The translations under genes and the position numbers were made by a program. A DNA stretch of 64,000 nt from a virus: positions 27,435-91,434 of IMG/VR virus record IMGVR_UViG_3300018005_000012, one strand, 5' to 3'. This document shows positions 48,273 through 56,952 of this stretch, piece by piece (the first letter of the stretch is position 1; each line of letters starts with the position of its first letter). The notes under the pieces are model-generated. The model was given only the letters and a program-made list of their open reading frames with translations, was not told the DNA's origin and did not search any database.

Positions 48273-48490
48273 TGCTTTTCACCTATCATCTCTAATATCA
48301 CATCAGGACAAATATGGTCATCTTGTGGCTTATACTCATTAGCCAACTTTTTAAGACCATTCAATTTTTCATGTGCCCAGAATTTGCATTCAGATTCGGG
48401 GACGGGTTTGCTTGAAGCAAAATCGAGCCAATGATATTCCAATTCGACTGCTTTCCCCATTGAGTCAATACACTTCTGGCAGTAACTCAT
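48269..48490 (-). CDS. hypothetical protein
   Basis: ATGA-coupled within the operon. Confidence 0.55.
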   Translation of the reverse strand: MSYCQKCIDSMGKAVELEYHWLDFASSKPVPESECKFWAHEKLNGLKKLANEYKPQDDHICPDVILEMIGEKQ

Positions 48491-48651
48491 TTCTTTGGTT
48501 CCACCCGCATTACATAAGTGTAGAAGTAAATCGTTGAACCGTCTTTGGTAGTCCCTTCGAGATGACCCCCTGCATATGGATGGCCTTCCGTTGAATCAGT
48601 CTCACACACCATCTCCAACTTTACTATCTCTACTCTTTCTCCTATTTTCAT
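48487..48651 (-). CDS. 54-aa hypothetical protein
   Basis: ATGA overlaps at both ends; MKIGERVEIVKLE... Confidence 0.55.
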   Translation of the reverse strand: MKIGERVEIVKLEMVCETDSTEGHPYAGGHLEGTTKDGSTIYFYTYVMRVEPKK

Positions 48652-49112
48652 GTCTTACTCGCCTCTACCGACTTGAGATAATCTATTACTTTAGGTAATA
48701 GTCCAGATTCTACCAGTCCCACAAGAACATTACACCGATTACAAATGATTCCTCGCACTTTATTGGTCTTATGGTCGTGGTCAACACATGGTTCTTTCTT
48801 ACCAACAAAATCTTCACCACAGATTTTACACTTATTGTGCTGATTCTGTATCATCTTCGTGACATCCTCTATCGTCAATCCATACTTTGTTTTGAAATGC
48901 CAACGTCTACTATCTAGTCTTGCCGCCTCAATGTGAGCATTCCTATAGTTCTGACTTCCTCTTTTCACCATCTCATAATAACCTTTATGCTCTTGCGACA
49001 AACAAGACTCCGAGGGCTTACGAGATGTTCCCCTTTTACAACTTTTACAGATAGAGCGATAGTATGTCTTTCCATTCTTGCTTACAAGTTTAACTGTGTT
49101 GTATTTGCTCAT
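48648..49112 (-). CDS. endonuclease VII-like homing endonuclease
   Basis: KYGLT, CKIC, VDHDH.T.KVRGIICNRCN. Confidence 0.85.
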   Translation of the reverse strand: MSKYNTVKLVSKNGKTYYRSICKSCKRGTSRKPSESCLSQEHKGYYEMVKRGSQNYRNAHIEAARLDSRRWHFKTKYGLTIEDVTKMIQNQHNKCKICGEDFVGKKEPCVDHDHKTNKVRGIICNRCNVLVGLVESGLLPKVIDYLKSVEASKT

Positions 49113-49115
49113 GTT

Positions 49116-50303
49116 CTATCCCTTAGAGAGTTCTACCGACCTCACCAAATCATCGAGTATGGCCTCAATGTTGTTGGTATGAGTCTTGGCAGAGCCAGCA
49201 GGCTTTATGCCACCACCTTCCATAATGGCTGGATTGGCACATCTGAAGACCCGCCCTATGTGGAGTTTGCCGTCCCTTCCACCCCTACCAGAGACATGAA
49301 CCCCATACTCAGGGATGTTGTTGATAACGAACCAAGTCTTATGGTTGGCGTTGCTCAACTTACTACATAGAGCAGAACCCATGTTCCACTTATGACTGAT
49401 GATGGTCACACCAAAGTCAGGATAGTCAAGTTGGGTATAGTTGCCTCGCTTCTCTACATCTCCCTTGTTCTTTCTATAGTTTACGGTAAGTTCCAGAAGC
49501 ATCTTAAGATTGGGACTTACTGTCCACCCACCCACGGCTTCTTTATTGACATACTCGTAAAAACCGAGCCAATTAGGAATCTGCTCCATCTCCTTCATCG
49601 CTTCATAGCAGACGGGTGGAGCCTTGTTGTATATCATGCGTCTAGGGTTGTGGAAGAGTTGGGCGTAAAACGCTAGGATGCTCCAATCGTAACTGCTATT
49701 CAGAGCCTTGGAAGCAAGCAAGCCCCGCATGGAAGGATGCTTGTCTAGAAGTTCTTGGAAGAGAGGGCCGCCCTCTTTGGTCTCGGTTGCGACATCTCCT
49801 TCTAATCCTATCAAAGCCCATTTGTCCATGTTGACCAAAGGCCAATTGAACTTCTTGACAAAGTTGTAGGCTATACCAGTGGTGCAGTTTTCGGTGGATG
49901 ATTCGTAGTAGAAGAAGGGCAGGTTGGGAAAGACAAACTTAGCCCTCACGTTCTCCAACATCTTGACAAAGATGCCAAAATTATCTTGGTCTTCCACTTC
50001 AGGGTCGGGTGGGTGGTTGTCTAGAATGATGGTATTGATGCCATTGGCTAAAAAGGCTGTGGCATAGTTCAACATATCCATGCCGCTTCCAATGTCCAGA
50101 ATGAAGACCGTTGCTGGCTTCAGGTCAAGAATGTCTGAGACATTAGAATCGGTCATCCCAAAGATGTCCCAGTCTTGCCACATGACAGTATGCGTGGCCT
50201 TAGGGTGCATCTGTGTAACGGCATTATGGATGATGCGAGTGGCCATCATTCCATCAGTATCTTCATCGCTGAAGATGACGGTATCAGTGTTTGTGTTGCT
50301 CAT
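49116..50303 (-). CDS. DHH-family RecJ/Cdc45(GAN)-like protein
   Basis: DEDTDG, ILDIG, ILDNH (DHH variant), SGRG, GGGIKPAG (DHHA1 variant). Confidence 0.72.
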   Translation of the reverse strand: MSNTNTDTVIFSDEDTDGMMATRIIHNAVTQMHPKATHTVMWQDWDIFGMTDSNVSDILDLKPATVFILDIGSGMDMLNYATAFLANGINTIILDNHPPDPEVEDQDNFGIFVKMLENVRAKFVFPNLPFFYYESSTENCTTGIAYNFVKKFNWPLVNMDKWALIGLEGDVATETKEGGPLFQELLDKHPSMRGLLASKALNSSYDWSILAFYAQLFHNPRRMIYNKAPPVCYEAMKEMEQIPNWLGFYEYVNKEAVGGWTVSPNLKMLLELTVNYRKNKGDVEKRGNYTQLDYPDFGVTIISHKWNMGSALCSKLSNANHKTWFVINNIPEYGVHVSGRGGRDGKLHIGRVFRCANPAIMEGGGIKPAGSAKTHTNNIEAILDDLVRSVELSKG

Positions 50304-50337
50304 ACCAGACCCTTAGTAACCAACCTATAAAAAGATT

Positions 50338-50523
50338 CTACTTCTTCTCGGAGAACGGCCCAATCTTCTGAATCTTGAATTGTTCAAAAAGACACTCTCT
50401 CATCTCCGTAGTGTCGCTTTTATGAAGTAGGCGTTTCGTCTTCTCGTCTTGAATGTAGTGATTGCGGTTCTGACAGTAATTCATCTCTGGAAAGTGTGGC
50501 TTGTTATTGTCTGAGGTTATCAT
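50338..50523 (-). CDS. hypothetical protein
   Basis: ATGA-coupled to the exonuclease gene. Confidence 0.5.
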   Translation of the reverse strand: MITSDNNKPHFPEMNYCQNRNHYIQDEKTKRLLHKSDTTEMRECLFEQFKIQKIGPFSEKK

Positions 50524-51176
50524 ATGCTCCTCCGCAACCCTTTGATGTAGGGTAGAAGTTTCTCATGGGCCTTCTCCAGAAGGATGACATCCCGCTTGTT
50601 GTGCTCCTGAATGTAGTCTCTGGCCTTCGGACTGAGTAGTGCTTGAGTCCAGATGTCTGGGTCAAGGTGCGTCTTAAGCCCTTGCAAGCCCAAGAGGTTG
50701 CCCACGTTCTCCAGTCTGTTTCGGCTCAACTTCAGTTTGGACTTCGCCACATAGTAGAGGTCGTGATGGATGACAGAACCATACTCTGGAAAGGCTAGGC
50801 CCCACTTCAAAGCACGAGTGCGTATGAAGGGAATGTCGTAACCCGTTCCGTAGTAGGTCACTACCATGTCGAACTTGAGCAAATCCACAAGAAGTTTCTC
50901 CATGAGAGGCTTGTCCAACCTCAATGCGTCTATGTCTTTCTGCTCAATTACATTTGAGTAGATAATGTCTTTGCCTCTTACCTTAAAGGCATAAGACAAA
51001 AGAACACCGAAGTCCGCATCCAAATTGGTCGCTTCAATGTCGAAGTAACCAACTCGAAAGTCGTTTTCAGTATTCTCTACGAACTTTGTCCAACATTCTG
51101 GATGTTCTGTTCCACGGTGGCCGTGAACACAATGCCAATGTTCGGCAACAATCAACAGTTTCTTTGGGTCTTTCAT
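50520..51176 (-). CDS. DEDDh 3'-5' exonuclease (RNase H-like/YprB-type)
   Basis: YFDIEAT, TYYGTGYDIPF, HNKRDV. Confidence 0.85.
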   Translation of the reverse strand: MKDPKKLLIVAEHWHCVHGHRGTEHPECWTKFVENTENDFRVGYFDIEATNLDADFGVLLSYAFKVRGKDIIYSNVIEQKDIDALRLDKPLMEKLLVDLLKFDMVVTYYGTGYDIPFIRTRALKWGLAFPEYGSVIHHDLYYVAKSKLKLSRNRLENVGNLLGLQGLKTHLDPDIWTQALLSPKARDYIQEHNKRDVILLEKAHEKLLPYIKGLRRSI

Positions 51177-51177
51177 G

Positions 51178-51912
51178 TTACACTACCACACCCTTCGTTG
51201 CCAGCCCTTTTAAGTGTTCTGCTTTATGAAGCCCCTCTACCGTCCCACAATCCAAGTATACACCCTTGGCCTTGACCGCCTTGAATACTGTTCCCTTTAG
51301 CATCATTAGTGAGATAACATCACCCATAGTTCCTCTTTGGAATTGGCCATACTTTGAGAGTTGTTTCACCGTAGTCTTCATCATATCTGTGAACACCCAA
51401 CCCTCTGAATGAACGTTAAGCGTCCCACAAACGTAGGGCGGAGTCTTGATTTTTCCTTTCCAATCGAGGGTTAGAGCAGGTCGTCCAAGCATATCACCCT
51501 TCGCCACCACTATTGCGTGTTCTTGTTCCATCAACCTATCCATAAAGTTGAAGTTCTCAAAGTAGGAGTCAATGGCCGAGAAGATGACCTCTGTGAAGAC
51601 TCGATGAGATGAGAGAGCCGGAAACGCACTGGTCATCCAAAGAGAGGGATTGTTGACCTGACCATTCCTATCTTGCTGGTCTAAAAAGGTGCTGATGCTC
51701 TTATCCTTGAAAGTGGTCGTTACATTCTCATGAAGCCAGTTGTTCCACCAACCTTGATTCCACTGATTGTGAACTATCCACACCGTATCTGCTGGCACAG
51801 CATCAATAATCCTCTCAAAGAGGCGAAGACCGTTAACGGCCAACAGGTGTTTCTGCACCGCTTCGACTGGATACCCACCAGCCATCAGAACAAGCACACG
51901 ATTCTGGCTCAC
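51178..51912 (-). CDS. divergent sugar-phosphate nucleotidyltransferase-like protein
   Basis: LMAGG..KHLLAVNG, AIDS, YLDCGT. Confidence 0.65.
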   Translation of the reverse strand: MSQNRVLVLMAGGYPVEAVQKHLLAVNGLRLFERIIDAVPADTVWIVHNQWNQGWWNNWLHENVTTTFKDKSISTFLDQQDRNGQVNNPSLWMTSAFPALSSHRVFTEVIFSAIDSYFENFNFMDRLMEQEHAIVVAKGDMLGRPALTLDWKGKIKTPPYVCGTLNVHSEGWVFTDMMKTTVKQLSKYGQFQRGTMGDVISLMMLKGTVFKAVKAKGVYLDCGTVEGLHKAEHLKGLATKGVVV

Positions 51913-52061
51913 TTCATCATCAACCTCTCTCGTGCTCTTTCTAGTATTTTTGTAACGTAGGCGTTGTAGAGGTCAGCCGTGGCTACCTCATTTGTCTCAA
52001 ACGTGACCTCTGCCGTGGTCATGATGAATCCGTGGTCGTCCAACGTTATGGTTATCTTCAT
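51909..52061 (-). CDS. 50-aa hypothetical protein
   Basis: TTTAAATA promoter; GTGA overlap with the next gene. Confidence 0.55.
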   Translation of the reverse strand: MKITITLDDHGFIMTTAEVTFETNEVATADLYNAYVTKILERARERLMMK

Positions 52062-52102
52062 CGCAATCCCTACTCTCCTACCCTATTTAAAGATTCTTGA
52101 TG

Positions 52103-53020
52103 CTATGCCAGCATATTCATTCCTTTTCTCACAGTCCAGAAGTCAGACGCTAGGTTGGAATTGATGAGATAGGCATACGGAATGGTGAAGTATCCCTTCT
52201 GACCCCATGAACTACCCCATGAGTTGCGACAGATGAATCTTTGGCTGGCATCGTCATATCCGAGACACATTACAGCGTGACCACCCAAGATACTTTCATT
52301 CGGCCCCGGCATCGGGACTACACCAGTCTGAGCCACTACATCAGACTCAAAACTACTATAGACGGTGAAACCGAAGACGAAGGGGAAGCCTGCGTCTAGA
52401 CAAGCCTTTATATCGGCCAACGTAGTGATTCTGAAGTATTGGGTAATCTCGTGTTGAGTTCCTTCAGTATAGGCATTGGCTGGCGGTTGGACGACAAATT
52501 TGCTGATGTCGTATGCCCATGTCGCTTCGTAACACGACCCTTGTGATGCAAGAGTAGACGCACCATCACGAAGTTCTGCTCCAGAATCGGTGCTAGTCGT
52601 TCCTTCAATAGCCCGTTCATTCCAGTAGATGAAGAGACGAGAGAAGTTGAGTCCCCCTGTCTTCTCCTGAAGACCGTCCTTAATTTCGAGGAACTGAAGT
52701 GCTCCAGCCCAAGCATTCGCAGTGCAACTTCCTAAATCGCCTTGGTCTTCGATTGGTGAGTCCTGTGGCCTCAAGTCAACATGATTATTAACGGGTGGAG
52801 TTGGAGTTGGCGGGGTCGGAGGCGGTGTCGGTTTTGGGCAGAAACTATTCTTGAGCCAAGTTACGAAATCATCCCATGCTCCTGTCTCAACGACTTCTGC
52901 CTTTTTTACTTCTCTCTTCATATCCTGCCCTGCGTGATAGATGAAATCACGAGAGTCTGGATGGTCTTTTCGCCAACCATTGTAGTTATGCTTCTTAGGT
53001 TCCTTCTTAGTTTCTGGCAT
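52103..53020 (-). CDS. papain-like cysteine protease (C1A)
   Basis: QGDLGSCTA, GGHAV, RNSWG..WG.KGY. Confidence 0.92.
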   Translation of the reverse strand: MPETKKEPKKHNYNGWRKDHPDSRDFIYHAGQDMKREVKKAEVVETGAWDDFVTWLKNSFCPKPTPPPTPPTPTPPVNNHVDLRPQDSPIEDQGDLGSCTANAWAGALQFLEIKDGLQEKTGGLNFSRLFIYWNERAIEGTTSTDSGAELRDGASTLASQGSCYEATWAYDISKFVVQPPANAYTEGTQHEITQYFRITTLADIKACLDAGFPFVFGFTVYSSFESDVVAQTGVVPMPGPNESILGGHAVMCLGYDDASQRFICRNSWGSSWGQKGYFTIPYAYLINSNLASDFWTVRKGMNMLA

Positions 53021-53056
53021 TAAGCCTTAATACCCTTCCTTCCTATTTAAATGTTA

Positions 53057-53359
53057 TCAGAGTCGGGGCACATCCTTCTCTGTATAGGTCAAAACGCTTC
53101 GTCCCTTCTCATGTTTGATAGTGAAGACCACTGCTACCAGAACGAGACTCTGGTATTGGCTTTTGATGGTCTTGAAGAGTTGAGTGGCATAGGCTTGAGG
53201 ATTAGCCCTACTCTCCTGAGAGATACCCATCATCATCGTATAGAGGTCAAGTCGAGTCTTCCACACGACCTTAGGTTCAATCTCCTTCTCTCTCATCTTA
53301 GGAATGTCTACCACAAGAGCGACTTCTGGCTCCCCATCGTAGGTGTAAGTAAGTTGCAT
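53057..53359 (-). CDS. hypothetical protein
   Basis: Own TATA box, divergent pair with 53396. Confidence 0.55.
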   Translation of the reverse strand: MQLTYTYDGEPEVALVVDIPKMREKEIEPKVVWKTRLDLYTMMMGISQESRANPQAYATQLFKTIKSQYQSLVLVAVVFTIKHEKGRSVLTYTEKDVPRL

Positions 53360-53395
53360 GGCAAGTTTATATACGGGGCCACCTATTAAAGGATT

Positions 53396-53854
53396 ATGGC
53401 AGTTGGCTCGGCATTCGGCACTCAGGAAAACCCGGTATTCTGGCGTATCTCAACAGACATGAATCCTGCTCATAAGACGCTTCAGATTCAGTCGGACACT
53501 GCCGTAGTCTATGTCTTCCACGATGAAAACTCTGGCCCGCTAGGTGAGGCACAAGCCCCAGATGGAACATGGAGTCCATTCGTAGCAACAATAACCTTCG
53601 ATATACCCTATCCAGCCACCGTTGAAGTAAACGTGTTAGATGCGGCCAGCCATCAATCATTAGGAACAGGTCAACTAGAACTCTTCGGATTAGATGTCTT
53701 CAAGATGAGAGTTACCTACACGAGCAACAACCCTGCTTCACACGGTTACATTGATGCCATGATTAACGGGAACCGCCAAACCGTCTATGGACAGAACTAC
53801 ATACAACAGGAGTTCTACAACGAGGACGTTTGGACGAGGGGAAGCGATGGGTAA
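53396..53854 (+). CDS. hypothetical beta-rich protein
   Basis: TTTATATA promoter. Confidence 0.6.
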   Translation: MAVGSAFGTQENPVFWRISTDMNPAHKTLQIQSDTAVVYVFHDENSGPLGEAQAPDGTWSPFVATITFDIPYPATVEVNVLDAASHQSLGTGQLELFGLDVFKMRVTYTSNNPASHGYIDAMINGNRQTVYGQNYIQQEFYNEDVWTRGSDG

Positions 53855-53908
53855 AAGTATGGATTCCGGTAAAAAGACTTATATAGTTACCACTGCCTAG
53901 TATAGTCC

Positions 53909-54454
53909 ATGACCAAAGGACATGGATGGAAATCAAAATATGGTAGAAACTGGTATATTGAACATAGAGACGAGCAACTTTTGAAAATGAAAGCATGGCG
54001 AGAAGCAAATCCAGAGAAGATGAAAGCGGCTCATCAACGATGGAATGCTACTCATAAAGAACAGAACAAACAAACCCATAAAGAGTATCGTAAAAAGAAT
54101 CGAGACCGTGTGCGTGGATGGAAGAACGACTGGTATGAGAAACATCCAGAGAGGAAGAAAAGTATAGACAGAAATACTTACTTCAAAAGAGAACATGGTA
54201 TAACTCTAGAGACGTATGAGAGAATGATACAAGAGAGAAATAATAAATGCGATATATGCGGTAGCGAATGTAACAAGACAACTTCTTCTGGTAAGAAGTT
54301 AGAACCGTGTGTAGACCATAACCACAAGACAAATGAACTAAGAGGATTGCTTTGTACTCGCTGTAATCAAACACTTGGTAAAGTAGAGGACAACACCGAG
54401 TTGCTCTCTAAGATGATAGACTATCTCAATAGAACGAGAGGAAGCGGCAACTAA
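53909..54454 (+). CDS. endonuclease VII-like homing endonuclease
   Basis: CDIC, VDHNH..RGLLCTRCN. Confidence 0.85.
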   Translation: MTKGHGWKSKYGRNWYIEHRDEQLLKMKAWREANPEKMKAAHQRWNATHKEQNKQTHKEYRKKNRDRVRGWKNDWYEKHPERKKSIDRNTYFKREHGITLETYERMIQERNNKCDICGSECNKTTSSGKKLEPCVDHNHKTNELRGLLCTRCNQTLGKVEDNTELLSKMIDYLNRTRGSGN

Positions 54455-54706
54455 CTACTCTTTCGGATTGTGTATCAGAGTCTTCCAATACTCTCCTCTA
54501 TCAACCAGATAGCCCGACCCATGACACTGAGGACAGGGCTTCAGACCCTCTGGAGTGGCTGTCTGCAACTGTTCAGCATTGGCTAAGATAGTTGTGGTTC
54601 TCGCCACAAATTTCTCAATGGCATCGAACTCGTCTGCCACCGCATCACCCGAACATCTGGGACATATCGCCCAGACTCTCTTTCTGTTCCTTCGCAAACT
54701 GTTCAA
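54455..54706 (-). CDS. Zn-finger protein
   Basis: CPRC..CPQCHGSG. Confidence 0.55.
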   Translation of the reverse strand: MNSLRRNRKRVWAICPRCSGDAVADEFDAIEKFVARTTTILANAEQLQTATPEGLKPCPQCHGSGYLVDRGEYWKTLIHNPKE

Positions 54707-54896
54707 CTAACGTGGCTTGGAAGAGCGTCCTCATAAGGATGACCTTGCATTCTGCTAACCAGTGCTCCTTCTCCACTAGGTCATAGAGTTCGATGATTTC
54801 GGCTGGTTTCATGTCAGGATGTAAAGTGGAGGCAAACTCCACAAGACTCCTCTCCATCGCCTTATCCACTATTCCAGTATACTTACCCATGCTCAC
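54645..54896 (-). CDS. hypothetical protein
   Basis: CTTAAATAC promoter. Confidence 0.55.
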   Translation of the reverse strand: MSMGKYTGIVDKAMERSLVEFASTLHPDMKPAEIIELYDLVEKEHWLAECKVILMRTLFQATLVEQFAKEQKESLGDMSQMFG

Positions 54897-55171
54897 CCTA
54901 TCCTTTCCTAAGTATTTAAGTGTTCAGTTTTTAGAACTTTCTCAGAATCCTTATTAACTCTGCTTAACATAGCGAGCCTATGGCACGCCTCCCCTATATG
55001 CGAGCCACCAACTCTCTGGGTTCACTGGGCGGAGAAGAAGTCGAAGATGCCAAATAAGCAAGAACAAATCTGAACACTATGGTTCACTGGGGAATCCTTC
55101 TTAATAGTGTAGGTATGGGGCCGAGCCGTAAGGCTGAAATGTTTATATAGTCAGCCGAGTATGGGTAGGCG

Positions 55172-55363
55172 ATGAGCACATCAACAACCCATTATGAGGG
55201 CTATTGGATAAAGGAACCAATATGGAAAATCTTAGAGACCTTTCTTATTGAGAAAGGATATAGTCAATCTGTAGCACACAGAGCCGCAGTAGAGGAAATG
55301 TCCGTTCTTTGTGAGAGAGCCGAACACAGAGCAGAAGCAATAGTCGCAAGTGAGACAAAATGA
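55172..55363 (+). CDS. hypothetical protein
   Basis: TTTATATA promoter; first gene of an ATGA-coupled run. Confidence 0.55.
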   Translation: MSTSTTHYEGYWIKEPIWKILETFLIEKGYSQSVAHRAAVEEMSVLCERAEHRAEAIVASETK

Positions 55364-55659
55364 GCACACCAGCCCCACCTGAGAAAGAACACTATCCTGC
55401 ATTTGAAGATAGTGACATCGTAGTTCTAGAAGGGAAAACCATGAGTAAAGGTAATGGTTGGTGGCAAGCAGTTTTGTTAGTTAAGACTTATGGAAAACTT
55501 CAGTGTAAACTTTACCTTTGGCAAGAAAGGCAAGATAAAACAACAGGTCAAAAGGTTTGGAAACGAAAGCAAAGTTGGACTATTAATTCATACAATTGGA
55601 CAGATACACAAAAAGTCATTAACGAATTTCTAGAGAAGCGTAAGACGATGAAAATATGA
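55360..55659 (+). CDS. PC4-like ssDNA-binding protein
   Basis: KLYLWQ...WKRKQSWTIN..NW....I.EF pattern of the PC4 fold. Confidence 0.55.
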   Translation: MSTPAPPEKEHYPAFEDSDIVVLEGKTMSKGNGWWQAVLLVKTYGKLQCKLYLWQERQDKTTGQKVWKRKQSWTINSYNWTDTQKVINEFLEKRKTMKI

Positions 55660-56066
55660 ATCATACTGATTATACAAGAGAATGGGGTCGCAAACATCCT
55701 GAATCTAAGAAAAATTCACATCTAAAGAGTAGATACGGAATTACTCTTGACCAATTCAAAGAAATAGAATTAAAACAAAATGGTCTATGTGCGATTTGTG
55801 ACCAACCATTACCTGTAAATCCCAAGTTCCATCAGGTTGACCACAATCATCGAACAAATCATCTTCGAGGAATTTTATGTTTCTCTTGTAATCGTTTAAT
55901 CGGTGCTTGTGGAGAAAACTATCTTATACTTGCGAAGGCTATTGATTATTTGATGGATGACTCAGAAATGATACCTAACTGGGAGGAATGTAAGAAGATA
56001 ACAGACGAGTTCTTAGCCAAGAGAAAGACCGTGGTTTCAACAACTCCGGTGTATGAGAGGAAATGA
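55656..56066 (+). CDS. endonuclease VII-like homing endonuclease fused to a displaced PC4 C-terminus
   Basis: RYGIT, CAIC, VDHNH, RGILCFSCN; tail NWEECKKITDEFLAKRKT. Confidence 0.82.
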   Translation: MNHTDYTREWGRKHPESKKNSHLKSRYGITLDQFKEIELKQNGLCAICDQPLPVNPKFHQVDHNHRTNHLRGILCFSCNRLIGACGENYLILAKAIDYLMDDSEMIPNWEECKKITDEFLAKRKTVVSTTPVYERK

Positions 56067-56269
56067 GCACCTTAGACGACCAAGTGAAGAAAGCCTTTGC
56101 CGGGCTTATCACAGCCAATGATTCTGTCCTAAGTAGAGACCAGATTAAAGCCATCTACTTAATCTGTGAAAACGTAGACTTTGCTAGGGCAGTAGGTAAA
56201 GAACTCATAAGACTAGGGATAGTCAAGATTCCGAAGGAACCCACTTCTTCCGAAAGTCAAAAAACCTAA
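56063..56269 (+). CDS. hypothetical protein
   Basis: ATGA overlap. Confidence 0.5.
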   Translation: MSTLDDQVKKAFAGLITANDSVLSRDQIKAIYLICENVDFARAVGKELIRLGIVKIPKEPTSSESQKT

Positions 56270-56423
56270 TCAGATTCTTCCTGTATAGATTTCGGGCCTG
56301 TCGCTTAGTGTAACCCTGTGAAACTAGGGTGTTCACAATCTCGTCTCTTGACCTCAGTTCCATGAGGCAAGTATAGATATACTGCGAGATAGATGGGTAG
56401 CCAAGAAAGGGACGGTAGGGCAT
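56223..56423 (-). CDS. small helical (HTH-like) protein
   Basis: SRDEIVNTLVSQGYTKRQA. Confidence 0.5.
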   Translation of the reverse strand: MPYRPFLGYPSISQYIYTCLMELRSRDEIVNTLVSQGYTKRQARNLYRKNLIRFFDFRKKWVPSES

Positions 56424-56771
56424 TTACGGGTGGCCTACGATGATGTTGATTGTAAAGGTTTCAGTTGACTCTTCTAAGTTGACAGGTGGTAAGGGTGGTA
56501 GAGTGTCGGTCATTACGAGTTCAGCATCAAAGGTTCCTAACTCGTCAAAGTTACCAGTTGCGACTTGGTAGGTGCAGATTCCAAGAAGTGCTTGAGGAGC
56601 AGTGCTAGAGCAGGCTCCTGAGAAGAGCATAGTAGGGCTTTCCTCTTGTGTGAAGGTATAAAGGGTAACAAACAGACCAGTAAGGTCTCTCACAGTCCCA
56701 TCAGCGTTCTTTACGTTGAACGTGAGAATGTAGCCGAAATTGTGTATCTTGACGACCAGACCTGTTGGCAT
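56424..56771 (-). CDS. BppU-like fibre adaptor protein
   Basis: LTFNVK..DG...DLTG, GICTY..GNF..GTFDAEL. Confidence 0.55.
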   Translation of the reverse strand: MPTGLVVKIHNFGYILTFNVKNADGTVRDLTGLFVTLYTFTQEESPTMLFSGACSSTAPQALLGICTYQVATGNFDELGTFDAELVMTDTLPPLPPVNLEESTETFTINIIVGHP

Positions 56772-56810
56772 CCTACCTTTCTTTTAGTGAACCGACTATT
56801 TAAAGATGCC

Positions 56811-56927
56811 TCACTCTTGGCTCTCTTGCACGAAGGTAAGGTCTATGGGTAGAGTCTTCGTAACCATTACCTTCTTAGGCATGACGCTGACCGTTATCTG
56901 TAAGACCTCACCAGTGGGTGCAGGCAT
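56811..56927 (-). CDS. 38-aa microprotein
   Basis: CTTAAATAG promoter; MPAPTGEVLQITVSVMPKK... Confidence 0.5.
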   Translation of the reverse strand: MPAPTGEVLQITVSVMPKKVMVTKTLPIDLTFVQESQE

Positions 56928-56952
56928 GAGATAGATAAGGAAGGTGGGCTAT

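Noticed and set aside
55110-55140. Hammerhead ribozyme suggested by a hairpin followed by GAAA
   Set aside because: The CUGANGA core is absent
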